Virus genome (UHGV): UHGV-0134996
Reading direction: 5' to 3' (one strand)
Source: a virus
Length of the DNA stretch: 64,000 nucleotides
This document shows positions 41,469 through 50,984 of the stretch, piece after piece. Position 1 is the stretch's first letter. Each line of letters starts with the position of its first letter. Under the pieces are notes generated by a model that saw only the letters and a list, made by a program, of their open reading frames with translations, made no database searches and was not told the DNA's origin. The position numbers and the translations under genes are program-made.

Positions 41469-42278
41469 ATGCAAGAAGAGAAACAACACTACCTCTACGT
41501 TCTGGTGCCAGAGAACGGAGATACTTTTAAAATCGGCATTTCATGTGGTCCATTGGCACGGTTTAAAGGACTACAAGTGAGTCCCGATTTTGCGCTTTCA
41601 CGGGTCTATCGTGGTACGCGTTTGGCAATGGTTAATCTTGAGCGGGCTTTACACGCAACCTTTTTCCCCTGGAATGCGCCGTGGGAGAAAAGCGTCGGTG
41701 GCGGGCATACTGAATGGTTTACACGAGAGTGTCTTGATAAGGTTTTGGCTCATATCGAATATCTAAATGATATGTGGGGAGGGATTCTCGAGCGCATTAA
41801 GTCGAATGATTTACTTCAGCGTCCAGTAGATGCTGCTTGCTCTTTCGAAAAAGAGCTGGATGTTACTTCTATCGTGACTTTCAAAGATGACGCAGGAATG
41901 AGGGACGTGGCTTATGTCTCCATATCTGGCTATGAACCGGACGCGATCCGCGCTCAATGTGAATTGCTGAAAGCAATGTTTATGCTTCGGACTAAATATC
42001 CCTGGGATACAGGGCGGGTGTGCTTCCCTATGGAAGAGTTAACCGCCACCATTGATTCCCAGCTTTACCACGATAATCCAGAGAAGTTTTTTAGCCTTTT
42101 AGCCGGTAATGGGCTTAACTGTGTGTCCGGGCTGGGGCGAAGTAGAATCCAACATGCCTCGCTCTTCGGTCCCTTCTTTTACGATCGACACGGGTACTTT
42201 GAGGCTGAACTTCCGGCGCTTACGCGTGCTATAGATACTATCGATTTCGAACGATTATTCGCTGCTCTTAGCAAATAA
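41469..42278 (+). CDS. T5orf172 (GIY-YIG-like) domain protein with unknown C-terminal domain
   Basis: 269 aa, ATG start; N-terminal YLYVLVPENGDTFKIGIS...GGGHTEWF matches T5orf172/MUG113 signature. Confidence 0.6.
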   Translation: MQEEKQHYLYVLVPENGDTFKIGISCGPLARFKGLQVSPDFALSRVYRGTRLAMVNLERALHATFFPWNAPWEKSVGGGHTEWFTRECLDKVLAHIEYLNDMWGGILERIKSNDLLQRPVDAACSFEKELDVTSIVTFKDDAGMRDVAYVSISGYEPDAIRAQCELLKAMFMLRTKYPWDTGRVCFPMEELTATIDSQLYHDNPEKFFSLLAGNGLNCVSGLGRSRIQHASLFGPFFYDRHGYFEAELPALTRAIDTIDFERLFAALSK

Positions 42279-42285
42279 CACTGAT

Positions 42286-42306
42286 GCCCCTGAACGGGGC
42301 TTTTTT
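42286..42306 (+). terminator. rho-independent terminator after the T5orf172-like gene
   Basis: GCCCCTGAACGGGGC hairpin followed by TTTTTT. Confidence 0.8.
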
Positions 42307-42446
42307 GTGCCCTCCTTGTAACTCTCAATCGTGCAAAATGAACCAAACATGCAGAGAATGCTATGTACAAGCATCTACGCATACATTATTATTTTATGCA
42401 GCATTTTTAATTAAATTCAAAAATACAGCATAAAGGATGACTTTCG

Positions 42447-43643
42447 ATGAGTGATTCCAGCCAGCTTCACAAGGTTGCTCAAAGAGCAAACAGAATGCTC
42501 AATGTTCTGACTGAACAAGTACAGTTGCAAAAGGATGAGCTACACGCGAACGAGTTTTACCAGGTCTATGCGAAAGCGGCACTGGCAAAATTGCCTCTAT
42601 TGACTCGAGCGAACGTTGACTATGCCGTAAGTGAAATGGAAGAAAAGGGTTATGTTTTCGATAAACGCCCTGCTGGCTCTTCAATGAAATATGCGATGTC
42701 AATTCAGAACATCATTGACATATATGAACATCGCGGAGTGCCAAAATACCGGGATCGCTACAGCGAAGCGTATGTGATTTTCATCTCCAATCTTAAAGGC
42801 GGTGTGTCAAAAACTGTATCGACGGTTTCTCTGGCGCATGCAATGCGTGCCCACCCTCATCTTCTGATGGAAGATTTAAGGATTCTGGTTATTGACCTTG
42901 ATCCGCAATCTTCAGCAACGATGTTTTTAAGCCATAAACACTCTATTGGTATCGTAAACGCAACATCTGCACAGGCTATGTTGCAGAATGTAAGCCGTGA
43001 AGAGCTGTTAGAGGAGTTTATTGTTCCTTCTGTTGTACCTGGGGTTGACGTTATGCCTGCGTCGATTGACGATGCCTTTATTGCATCCGATTGGAGAGAG
43101 CTGTGCAATGAGCATCTACCGGGTCAGAACATCCATGCTGTCCTGAAAGAAAATGTGATTGATAAGCTGAAGAGCGATTATGACTTTATCCTCGTTGATA
43201 GTGGTCCTCACCTTGACGCCTTCCTGAAAAATGCTTTGGCCTCGGCCAATATACTGTTTACACCTCTGCCGCCAGCAACTGTCGATTTCCACTCATCGCT
43301 TAAATACGTTGCCCGCCTTCCTGAGTTGGTGAAACTCATTTCGGATGAAGGCTGCGAGTGCCAGCTTGCGACTAACATTGGTTTTATGTCCAAGTTGAGT
43401 AACAAGGCAGATCATAAGTATTGCCATAGCCTGGCTAAAGAAGTGTTCGGTGGGGATATGCTCGATGTCGTCCTCCCTCGCCTTGACGGTTTTGAACGTT
43501 GCGGCGAGTCTTTTGACACTGTTATTTCAGCTAACCCGGCAACGTATGTTGGTAGTGCTGATGCATTGAAGAACGCGCGAATTGCCGCGGAAGATTTTGC
43601 TAAAGCAGTTTTTGACCGTATTGAATTTATCAGATCTAACTGA
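42447..43643 (+). CDS. parA: ParA partition ATPase
   Basis: 398 aa; deviant Walker A (NLKGGVSKT); size and sequence as P1 ParA. Confidence 0.92.
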   Translation: MSDSSQLHKVAQRANRMLNVLTEQVQLQKDELHANEFYQVYAKAALAKLPLLTRANVDYAVSEMEEKGYVFDKRPAGSSMKYAMSIQNIIDIYEHRGVPKYRDRYSEAYVIFISNLKGGVSKTVSTVSLAHAMRAHPHLLMEDLRILVIDLDPQSSATMFLSHKHSIGIVNATSAQAMLQNVSREELLEEFIVPSVVPGVDVMPASIDDAFIASDWRELCNEHLPGQNIHAVLKENVIDKLKSDYDFILVDSGPHLDAFLKNALASANILFTPLPPATVDFHSSLKYVARLPELVKLISDEGCECQLATNIGFMSKLSNKADHKYCHSLAKEVFGGDMLDVVLPRLDGFERCGESFDTVISANPATYVGSADALKNARIAAEDFAKAVFDRIEFIRSN

Positions 43644-43659
43644 GGAGTAAGAAACCCCC

Positions 43660-44661
43660 ATGTCAAAGAAAAACAGACCAACAATTGGGCGAACCCTTAA
43701 TCCTTCAATATTAAGCGGATTTGATAGTTCTTCAGCCTCTGGCGATCGAGTCGAGCAGGTATTCAAGTTATCAACTGGTCGCCAGGCCACATTTATTGAA
43801 GAGGTAATACCTCCGAACCAGGTAGAAAGCGATACCTTTGTTGATCAGCATAACAACGGGCGTGACCAGGCATCTCTTACGCCAAAATCATTAAAAAGTA
43901 TCCGAAGCACTATTAAGCATCAGCAATTTTACCCTGCAATAGGTGTCAGACGGGCTACAGGGAAAATTGAAATTTTGGATGGTTCCCGGCGTCGAGCTTC
44001 TGCCATCTTAGAGAACGTAGGGTTGCGGGTTTTAGTCACGGACCAGGAGATCAGCGTTCAGGAAGTGCAAAATTTAGCGAAAGACGTTCAGACAGCATTG
44101 CAGCACAGCATTCGAGAAATAGGTCTGCGTTTGATGCGAATGAAAAATGATGGGATGAGTCAGAAGGATATTGCAGCCAAAGAAGGGCTGTCTCAGGCGA
44201 AGGTCACGCGTGCTCTCCAGGCAGCGAGTGCTCCGGAAGAATTAGTCGCCCTTTTCCCTGTGCAGTCGGAATTAACCTTTTCGGACTACAAAACGCTTTG
44301 TGCTGTTGGCGACGAAATGGGGAACAAGAATTTAGAGTTTGATCAGCTTATTCAAAACATATCCCCGGAAATAAACGACATCTTATCCATTGAAGAAATG
44401 GCCGAAGATGAAGTTAAAAATAAAATCCTGCGCTTGATAACAAAGGAAGCCTCACTACTCACGGATAAAGGTTCTAAAGATAAGTCCGTAGTTACTGAAT
44501 TATGGAAATTTGAGGACAAGGATCGCTTTGCAAGGAAGCGCGTGAAAGGCCGTGCATTTTCTTATGAGTTTAATCGACTCTCAAAAGAGTTACAGGAAGA
44601 ACTCGACAGGATGATTGGGCATATCCTTAGAAAGAGCCTCGATAAAAAGCCGAAGCCTTAA
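43660..44661 (+). CDS. parB: ParB partition protein
   Basis: 333 aa; MSKKNRPTIGRTLNPSILSGFD... as P1 ParB. Confidence 0.92.
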   Translation: MSKKNRPTIGRTLNPSILSGFDSSSASGDRVEQVFKLSTGRQATFIEEVIPPNQVESDTFVDQHNNGRDQASLTPKSLKSIRSTIKHQQFYPAIGVRRATGKIEILDGSRRRASAILENVGLRVLVTDQEISVQEVQNLAKDVQTALQHSIREIGLRLMRMKNDGMSQKDIAAKEGLSQAKVTRALQAASAPEELVALFPVQSELTFSDYKTLCAVGDEMGNKNLEFDQLIQNISPEINDILSIEEMAEDEVKNKILRLITKEASLLTDKGSKDKSVVTELWKFEDKDRFARKRVKGRAFSYEFNRLSKELQEELDRMIGHILRKSLDKKPKP

Positions 44662-44664
44662 ACT

Positions 44665-44760
44665 TTCGCCATTCAAATTTCACTATTAACTGACTGTTTT
44701 TAAAGTAAAATACTCTAAAATTTCAAGGTGAAATCGCCACGATTTCACCTTGGATTTTAC
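44665..44760. other. parS: parS centromere-like partition site
   Basis: ATTTCAC heptamer boxes, AT-rich IHF-like core, and TCGCCA hexamer boxes directly downstream of parB. Confidence 0.8.
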
Positions 44761-44864
44761 CTTCCTCCCCTCCTCCCGAAAAAATAAAAAAATTGCTTGT
44801 CACGAGAAAGTCAACAAGTGACTTTCAATAAAATCTCTTCCGAAAAGGGATTCACACAAGTGCC

Positions 44865-46592
44865 TTGTGTTTAAGGAAGAGTAAATTGAGTAACTTACGC
44901 GAATACCAGAATCGTATTGCAGATATCGCAAAACGCTCTAAAGCTGTGCTTGGCTGGGCAAGCACTGCGCAGTTCGGTACTGATAACCAATTCATTAAAG
45001 ATGATGCCGCGCGTGCCGCATCTATCCTTGAAGCTGCACGTAAAGACCCGGTTTTTGCGGGTATCTCTGATAATGCCACCGCTCAAATCGCTACAGCGTG
45101 GGCAAGTGCACTGGCTGACTACGCCGCAGCACATAAATCTATGCCGCGTCCGGAAATTCTGGCCTCCTGCCACCAGACGCTGGAAAACTGCCTGATTGAG
45201 TCCACCCGCAATAGCATGGATGCCACTAATAAAGCGATGCTGGAATCCGTCGCAGCAGAGATGATGAGCGTTTCTGACGGTGTTATGCGTCTGCCTTTAT
45301 TCCTCGCGATGATCCTGCCTGTTCAGTTGGGGGCAGCTACCGCTGATGCGTGTACCTTCATTCCGGTTACGCGTGACCAGTCCGACATCTATGAAGTCTT
45401 TAACGTGGCAGGTTCCTCTTTTGGTTCTTATGCTGCTGGTGATGTTCTGGACATGCAATCCGTCGGTGTGTACAGCCAGTTACGTCGCCGCTATGTGCTG
45501 GTGGCAAGCTCCGATGGCACCAGCAAAACCGCAACCTTCAAGATGGAAGACTTCGAAGGCCAGAATGTACCAATCCGAAAAGGTCGCACTAACATCTACG
45601 TTAACCGTATTAAGTCTGTTGTTGATAACGGTTCCGGCAGCCTACTTCACTCGTTTACTAATGCTGCTGGTGAGCAAATCACTGTTACCTGCTCTCTGAA
45701 CTACAACATTGGTCAGATTGCCCTGTCGTTCTCCAAAGCGCCGGATAAAGGCACTGAGATCGCAATTGAGACGGAAATCAATATTGAAGCCGCTCCTGAG
45801 CTGATCCCGCTGATCAACCACGAAATGAAGAAATACACCCTGTTCCCAAGTCAGTTCGTTATCGCGGCTGAGCACACGGTACAGGCGGCGTATGAAGCAC
45901 AGCGTGAATTTGGTCTGGACCTGGGTTCCCTACAGTTCCGCACCCTGAAGGAATACCTGTCTCATGAACAGGATATGCTGCGTCTTCGCATCATGATCTG
46001 GCGCACTCTTGCGACCGACACCTTTGACATCGCTCTGCCGGTTAACCAGTCCTTTGATGTATGGGCAACCATCATTCGTGGCAAATTCCAGACTGTATAT
46101 CGCGACATTATTGAGCGCGTTAAATCTTCTGGTGCGATGGGGATGTTTGCTGGTGCTGATGCAGCATCTTTCTTCAAACAGTTGCCGAAGGATTTCTTCC
46201 AGCCAGCCGAAGACTATATCCAGACTCCGTATGTTCACTACATCGGTACCCTGTTCGGTAACGTGAAAGTGTACGAAGTACCTGCTGGTATTTGTAAGAA
46301 CTTAACGACTGAGAACATTCAGTTCAGCTCGATGGATGTGCTGTGCTACGTCCGTGATGAAAATCCGGGTAAAGCAGGCTTCGTGACTGGTGATGCTGTC
46401 CCGGCTATCCCGTTCCAGCATCCGACCACTCCGGCGCTGGTCAACCGTACCACACTGTGGGGTTCGGCTATCAACGATATGCACCCACGCAACGGCGCTG
46501 ATTACTTCACTCGTGTAACGCTGACAATGGCCAAAAAAGGCGGGCTTAACTTTATAAGCGGCGACACGATTGATGCCGGTGACTCTGAGTAA
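44865..46592 (+). CDS. major head protein candidate (P1 gene 23 position)
   Basis: 575-aa first gene after parS; track start is TTG, alternative TTG at about 44886 has AAGGAAG RBS. Confidence 0.5.
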   Translation: MCLRKSKLSNLREYQNRIADIAKRSKAVLGWASTAQFGTDNQFIKDDAARAASILEAARKDPVFAGISDNATAQIATAWASALADYAAAHKSMPRPEILASCHQTLENCLIESTRNSMDATNKAMLESVAAEMMSVSDGVMRLPLFLAMILPVQLGAATADACTFIPVTRDQSDIYEVFNVAGSSFGSYAAGDVLDMQSVGVYSQLRRRYVLVASSDGTSKTATFKMEDFEGQNVPIRKGRTNIYVNRIKSVVDNGSGSLLHSFTNAAGEQITVTCSLNYNIGQIALSFSKAPDKGTEIAIETEINIEAAPELIPLINHEMKKYTLFPSQFVIAAEHTVQAAYEAQREFGLDLGSLQFRTLKEYLSHEQDMLRLRIMIWRTLATDTFDIALPVNQSFDVWATIIRGKFQTVYRDIIERVKSSGAMGMFAGADAASFFKQLPKDFFQPAEDYIQTPYVHYIGTLFGNVKVYEVPAGICKNLTTENIQFSSMDVLCYVRDENPGKAGFVTGDAVPAIPFQHPTTPALVNRTTLWGSAINDMHPRNGADYFTRVTLTMAKKGGLNFISGDTIDAGDSE

Positions 46593-46652
46593 TCAGGGGA
46601 AGTTCTCCGTTTAACATAGCGCCCCCGTGCGGGGCGCATAACAGGGAAAGTT

Positions 46653-48242
46653 ATGTCTCAATATTCAATTCAACAGTCATTAGGTAATGCATCCGGCGTC
46701 GCTGTTAGCCCGATCAATGCCGATGCGACGTTATCTACCGGTGTTGCATTAAATAGCAGCTTGTGGGCTGGTATTGGCGTATTTGCGCGTGGCAAGCCGT
46801 TTACTGTTCTTGCGGTTACTGAGTCCAATTACGAAGATGTTCTCGGCGAACCGCTGAAGCCGTCTTCCGGCTCACAGTTCGAACCAATTCGCCATGTATA
46901 CGAAGCTATTCAGCAAACGTCAGGTTATGTTGTTCGTGCTGTTCCGGATGATGCGAAGTTCCCGATTATTATGTTCGATGAATCAGGCGAACCGGCTTAC
47001 AGTGCGTTGCCATACGGTTCTGAAATTGAACTTGATAGCGGCGAAGCCTTTGCTATCTACGTTGATGATGGTGATCCGTGTATTTCACCTACCCGTGAGT
47101 TAACCATCGAAACGGCAACAGCGGACAGCGCAGGTAATGAACGCTTCCTCCTGAAACTGACCCAGACGACTTCGCTCGGCGTGGTAACGACCCTGGAGAC
47201 ACACACTGTGTCTTTGGCGGAAGAAGCAAAAGATGACATGGGCCGCTTGTGTTATCTGCCTACGGCTCTGGAAGCCCGTTCTAAATATCTGCGCGCGGTT
47301 GTTAATGAAGAGCTGATTTCGACGGCGAAAGTAACAAATAAAAAATCGCTGGCGTTCACTGGCGGTACCAACGGCGATCAGTCGAACATTTCCACTGCTG
47401 CTTACCTGCGTGCGGTGAAAGTGCTGAACAATGCGCCGTACATGTACACCGCTGTTCTCGGCCTGGGTTGCTATGACAATGCGGCGATCACTGCGTTAGG
47501 TAATATCTGTTCTGATCGCTTGATTGATGGCTTCTTTGATGTCAAACCGACATTGACGTACACGGAAGCGATCTCTGCTGTTGAAGATACCGGTTTACTT
47601 GGTACCGATTATGTAAGCTGTGCTGTCTATCATTTCCCGTTCTCCTGCAAAGACAAATGGACCCAATCCCGCGTGGTCTTCGGTCTGTCTGGCGCGGCGT
47701 ATGCGGCGAAAGCTCGTGGCGTCAAGAAAAACTCCGATGTCGGCGGTTGGCATTACTCACCGGCTGGTGAAGAACGTGCCGTCATTGCTCGTGCATCACT
47801 TCAACCGCTGTATCCGGAAGACACCCCGGACGAAGAAGCTATGGTCAAGGGCCGACTCAATAAAGTATCTGTAGGTACTTCGGGCCAGATGATCATCGAT
47901 GATGCTTTAACTTGCTGCACGCAGGACAACTATCTGCATTTCCAGCACGTCCCATCCCTGATGAACGCAATCAGCCGTTTCTTTGTCCAGTTAGCCCGAC
48001 AGATGAAGCATAACCCGGACGGCATTACTGAGTCTGGCCTGACTAAAGGGATGACCAAACTTTTGGATCGCTTTGTCGCCTCCGGCGCTCTGGTGGCTCC
48101 TCGTGATCCTGATGCTGACGGTACAGAACCGTATGTGCTGAAAGTTACGCAGGCGGAATTCGATAAATGGGAAGTAGTCTGGGCCTGCTGCCCGACTGGC
48201 GTAGCCCGTCGTATCCAGGGCGTACCGCTGCTTATTAAGTAA
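46653..48242 (+). CDS. tail sheath protein
   Basis: 529 aa; contractile-tail sheath family features; follows head gene as in P1 (gene 22). Confidence 0.65.
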   Translation: MSQYSIQQSLGNASGVAVSPINADATLSTGVALNSSLWAGIGVFARGKPFTVLAVTESNYEDVLGEPLKPSSGSQFEPIRHVYEAIQQTSGYVVRAVPDDAKFPIIMFDESGEPAYSALPYGSEIELDSGEAFAIYVDDGDPCISPTRELTIETATADSAGNERFLLKLTQTTSLGVVTTLETHTVSLAEEAKDDMGRLCYLPTALEARSKYLRAVVNEELISTAKVTNKKSLAFTGGTNGDQSNISTAAYLRAVKVLNNAPYMYTAVLGLGCYDNAAITALGNICSDRLIDGFFDVKPTLTYTEAISAVEDTGLLGTDYVSCAVYHFPFSCKDKWTQSRVVFGLSGAAYAAKARGVKKNSDVGGWHYSPAGEERAVIARASLQPLYPEDTPDEEAMVKGRLNKVSVGTSGQMIIDDALTCCTQDNYLHFQHVPSLMNAISRFFVQLARQMKHNPDGITESGLTKGMTKLLDRFVASGALVAPRDPDADGTEPYVLKVTQAEFDKWEVVWACCPTGVARRIQGVPLLIK

Positions 48243-48251
48243 GGAAATACA

Positions 48252-49067
48252 ATGAGCAAAAACTTTTTTCAATCCGGGGCATTTTTGGGGAATGGACTGT
48301 CCCGTTTCGCTTTGAACTCTGATCCTGTGCAGCTGATGGAGTCTGCCCGAGCAAGCGCTGAACCGCCAACAGATCCGGTTATCAATAATAATCCGGAACC
48401 GGCGGCACAGACTAACGATAACGTTCCATCTGCCCCGGCTCCTGAGCAAATCCTGGAAGGGAAAGACGGTAAAGAATGGACCGTCGAACAGGCGCACCAG
48501 ATGATTCTGGAAGCTGCAAATCGAAGTGCTATGCAGAATGCGTTGAGTGATGCGGCCGACGCCGTTTTCGCCTGGGCTGATAGCGGTGATCTGACTTTCG
48601 ACTCCCTTGATGGTTTCGTTCAGGCTATCGCTGGTATCTCTGATGACGACGACTCCGAAGTTACAGAAGAACAGGACGATGCCTATAACGAAGCATGGGC
48701 AAATGTTGCTGACTTCCTCGCAGCATGCGGTGTAGATGATGACCTGATCGAAGCACTGGCTGACGATGAAGACGACGACGCAGCTGCTGATGTTGGTGCC
48801 TCTATCGCTGGTTTAGATAGCGACGACCGCGACGAACTGGAAGCGGCGTTTGTTGTTGCTGGCACTTCTGATGAAATGCTGACTGAAGCATTTAAGAAGG
48901 TTGTTCGTAATGGTGAGATCAAACTCATCCGTAAACGCCTGCGTAAAAAACGTCTGACTGCGGCTCAAAAATCGGCGCTGAAAAAAGCGCGTCGAAAAGC
49001 CCAGACCGGCGCGGCAAAACTTGCCCGCAAAAAGTCAATGAAACTGCGCCGTAAGCGCCTTGGCTAA
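48252..49067 (+). CDS. hypothetical structural protein with acidic core and basic C-terminal tail
   Basis: 271 aa; D/E-rich centre, K/R-rich C-terminus. Confidence 0.5.
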   Translation: MSKNFFQSGAFLGNGLSRFALNSDPVQLMESARASAEPPTDPVINNNPEPAAQTNDNVPSAPAPEQILEGKDGKEWTVEQAHQMILEAANRSAMQNALSDAADAVFAWADSGDLTFDSLDGFVQAIAGISDDDDSEVTEEQDDAYNEAWANVADFLAACGVDDDLIEALADDEDDDAAADVGASIAGLDSDDRDELEAAFVVAGTSDEMLTEAFKKVVRNGEIKLIRKRLRKKRLTAAQKSALKKARRKAQTGAAKLARKKSMKLRRKRLG

Positions 49068-49102
49068 AGGAGGAGGCCGGAGAACTCCGGCCTTTAACTT
49101 GA

Positions 49103-49684
49103 ATGGCACCTATACCTTATGGGGTTTACAGCCAGGCTGACGGTGTATCGCCATTTCTGAAAGTTACTTTAACGAACTCTCAGTACCAGGTTACCGGATA
49201 TATCAGCCAGGGGGCAGCAATGAACATGGCCCAGAATTGGGAAGCGCCGTTTACCGGTATGTCCATGGGGTCTGTTGCTGGTGCTTTCAGTGGTTTTGCG
49301 CAGGTTGGCACTGAAACAACGTCGGTGGCCCGTTGGAACAGCTTAATGGTTTGGGAGGGGGGAACACCGCCGACTTTCACGCTGCCAGTAACTTTCATCG
49401 CTTTGTTTGACCCATTCACGGAGGTTTCAGGAGCTATCGCCGCATTGTCAGCGATGATTAGCCCGGAACTTAAAGATGCCAGTATTGGTGGTCGAATCCC
49501 GGAGCGTGTGACGCTAAACATTGGTCGCCGGATCAACATCATTGATGTCGCTATCCAGGACATAAGTTTCGATCTCGATGCGCCCAGGGACAGCAATGGG
49601 CATTTCCTGAAAAACACCGTCAACCTCCAGTTGACCGGTTCTTCGATATATAACAGCTCCGATATTGTTCGGGCGTTCCAGTAA
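49103..49684 (+). CDS. hypothetical tail/structural protein
   Basis: 193-aa ORF in late operon. Confidence 0.45.
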   Translation: MAPIPYGVYSQADGVSPFLKVTLTNSQYQVTGYISQGAAMNMAQNWEAPFTGMSMGSVAGAFSGFAQVGTETTSVARWNSLMVWEGGTPPTFTLPVTFIALFDPFTEVSGAIAALSAMISPELKDASIGGRIPERVTLNIGRRINIIDVAIQDISFDLDAPRDSNGHFLKNTVNLQLTGSSIYNSSDIVRAFQ

Positions 49685-49695
49685 AAGGATTTTAT

Positions 49696-50205
49696 ATGGG
49701 GCACAATAACACTAAGGGAAACCGTAAATTTATTAAGGGCCGCTATACTGCCAACGCGGCCAAAGGCGAACGACTGGTATCTTCTGAATTCCAGCTCACT
49801 TTTGCAGGCCATGAAGATATCAGCGTACTGGTTCGCACGTCGCAAATTCCTGAAATGACCCGCGAGGATGTGGAGGACTATGGTCCGAATGGTGTGAAGT
49901 TCAACCAGCACGGTCCAATTCGAAACTCTGGGGAAATCCAGGTCCAGTGCGTGGAGACTATCGAAGGCGATATTCTTCAGTTCATTAAAGATCGCATTGC
50001 GGCGAAGGACTATGTTGATATCACGATGGCTGCTACCCCTGAATCCAAATCTTCCGGGGTTAACGCTGTGACAAAAGCTGCTACAACAATTGAAATGTTG
50101 GACTGCAAAATCTACAGTGATGCAATCGACTTTAGTACCGAAGATGTGACTGCTGCTGTGCGCCCGTCACTTCGTATCGTCTACAACTGGATTGATTGGG
50201 ATTAA
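49696..50205 (+). CDS. hypothetical tail/structural protein
   Basis: 169-aa ORF followed by strong terminator. Confidence 0.45.
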   Translation: MGHNNTKGNRKFIKGRYTANAAKGERLVSSEFQLTFAGHEDISVLVRTSQIPEMTREDVEDYGPNGVKFNQHGPIRNSGEIQVQCVETIEGDILQFIKDRIAAKDYVDITMAATPESKSSGVNAVTKAATTIEMLDCKIYSDAIDFSTEDVTAAVRPSLRIVYNWIDWD

Positions 50206-50224
50206 GAGTCATCCCTTGTATTTT

Positions 50225-50248
50225 AAAGCTCCTTCGGGAGCTTTTTTA
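50225..50248 (+). terminator. rho-independent terminator of head/sheath operon
   Basis: AGCTCCTTCGGGAGCT hairpin followed by TTTTTT. Confidence 0.85.
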
Positions 50249-50320
50249 TTTGGAGAGGAAAGGGTGCATTGAGGATACCTGACACACGAAGAGTGGCGGG
50301 ATCTCTCCCCGCCAGGTCTC

Positions 50321-50476
50321 TTACCTTTCAGATTCGTAGGCTGTGAAGACAGTGACCTCCGTCTGGCTGGTTCGGATTCGTACCTCGCAGAGGTCTTTCC
50401 TCGTTACCAGTGCCGTCACAATGACGGTTAAACAGATGACGATCAGAGCGATTAATATCGCTTTTTGCTGCTTCAT
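50321..50476 (-). CDS. hok: Hok/Gef-family type I toxin
   Basis: 51 aa MKQQKAILIALIVICLTVIVTALVTRKDLCEVRIRTSQTEVTVFTAYESER, near-identical in pattern to E. coli Gef/HokC; frame missing from ORF track. Confidence 0.85.
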   Translation of the reverse strand: MKQQKAILIALIVICLTVIVTALVTRKDLCEVRIRTSQTEVTVFTAYESER

Positions 50477-50534
50477 AGCCTGCTTCTCCTTGACCTTTTG
50501 GTCGGTAAGAGGCTAATCTACGTATGCTAAGCAT
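50328..50534 (-). CDS. mok: Mok-like overlapping reading frame (modulator of killing)
   Basis: 68-aa ORF overlapping nearly all of hok in another frame and starting upstream, as in hok/mok/sok loci. Confidence 0.6.
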   Translation of the reverse strand: MLSIRRLASYRPKGQGEAGYEAAKSDINRSDRHLFNRHCDGTGNEERPLRGTNPNQPDGGHCLHSLRI

Positions 50535-50657
50535 AGATATGGCCTCAGATTAATGTTAAGCGTCTTGCAGGACGCGTAATGTTATCTGGGGCTTTCTTCT
50601 ATCTGCTTTTCGGGTAATGCCTGAAGCAGATAGCCTCAAGCACCCGCAACGATTGTA

Positions 50658-50984
50658 TCAATGTCTGGCTTTTTTTCTATAGAAATCACCTGGAAGGGTG
50701 AATATCCACATCAGAAGAAATGTTGCAGCAAACATGATCCCTAATGGCCAGACCGCGCCAAAGAAAATCCATACTAAGATCTCCTCTGCTCGTTCTTTGC
50801 GGTCGATATCGACAAGCATTTTTCGGCTGATCATGTATACACAGAAGCCAATACAAACATATCCTGCAAAAGCGATCGCTAACTGTAAAAAATCAGATTG
50901 CATCTCCGACCTCAAACTGAAAACGCCAGGTGACTCCAGATTAGAGCAATCTATCACCCTCTGAATCCTGCCGGTATACCCCAT
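50658..50984 (-). CDS. small membrane protein downstream of repL
   Basis: Two hydrophobic helices; overlaps repL 3' end so start likely internal (MQSDFLQ...). Confidence 0.45.
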   Translation of the reverse strand: MGYTGRIQRVIDCSNLESPGVFSLRSEMQSDFLQLAIAFAGYVCIGFCVYMISRKMLVDIDRKERAEEILVWIFFGAVWPLGIMFAATFLLMWIFTLPGDFYRKKARH

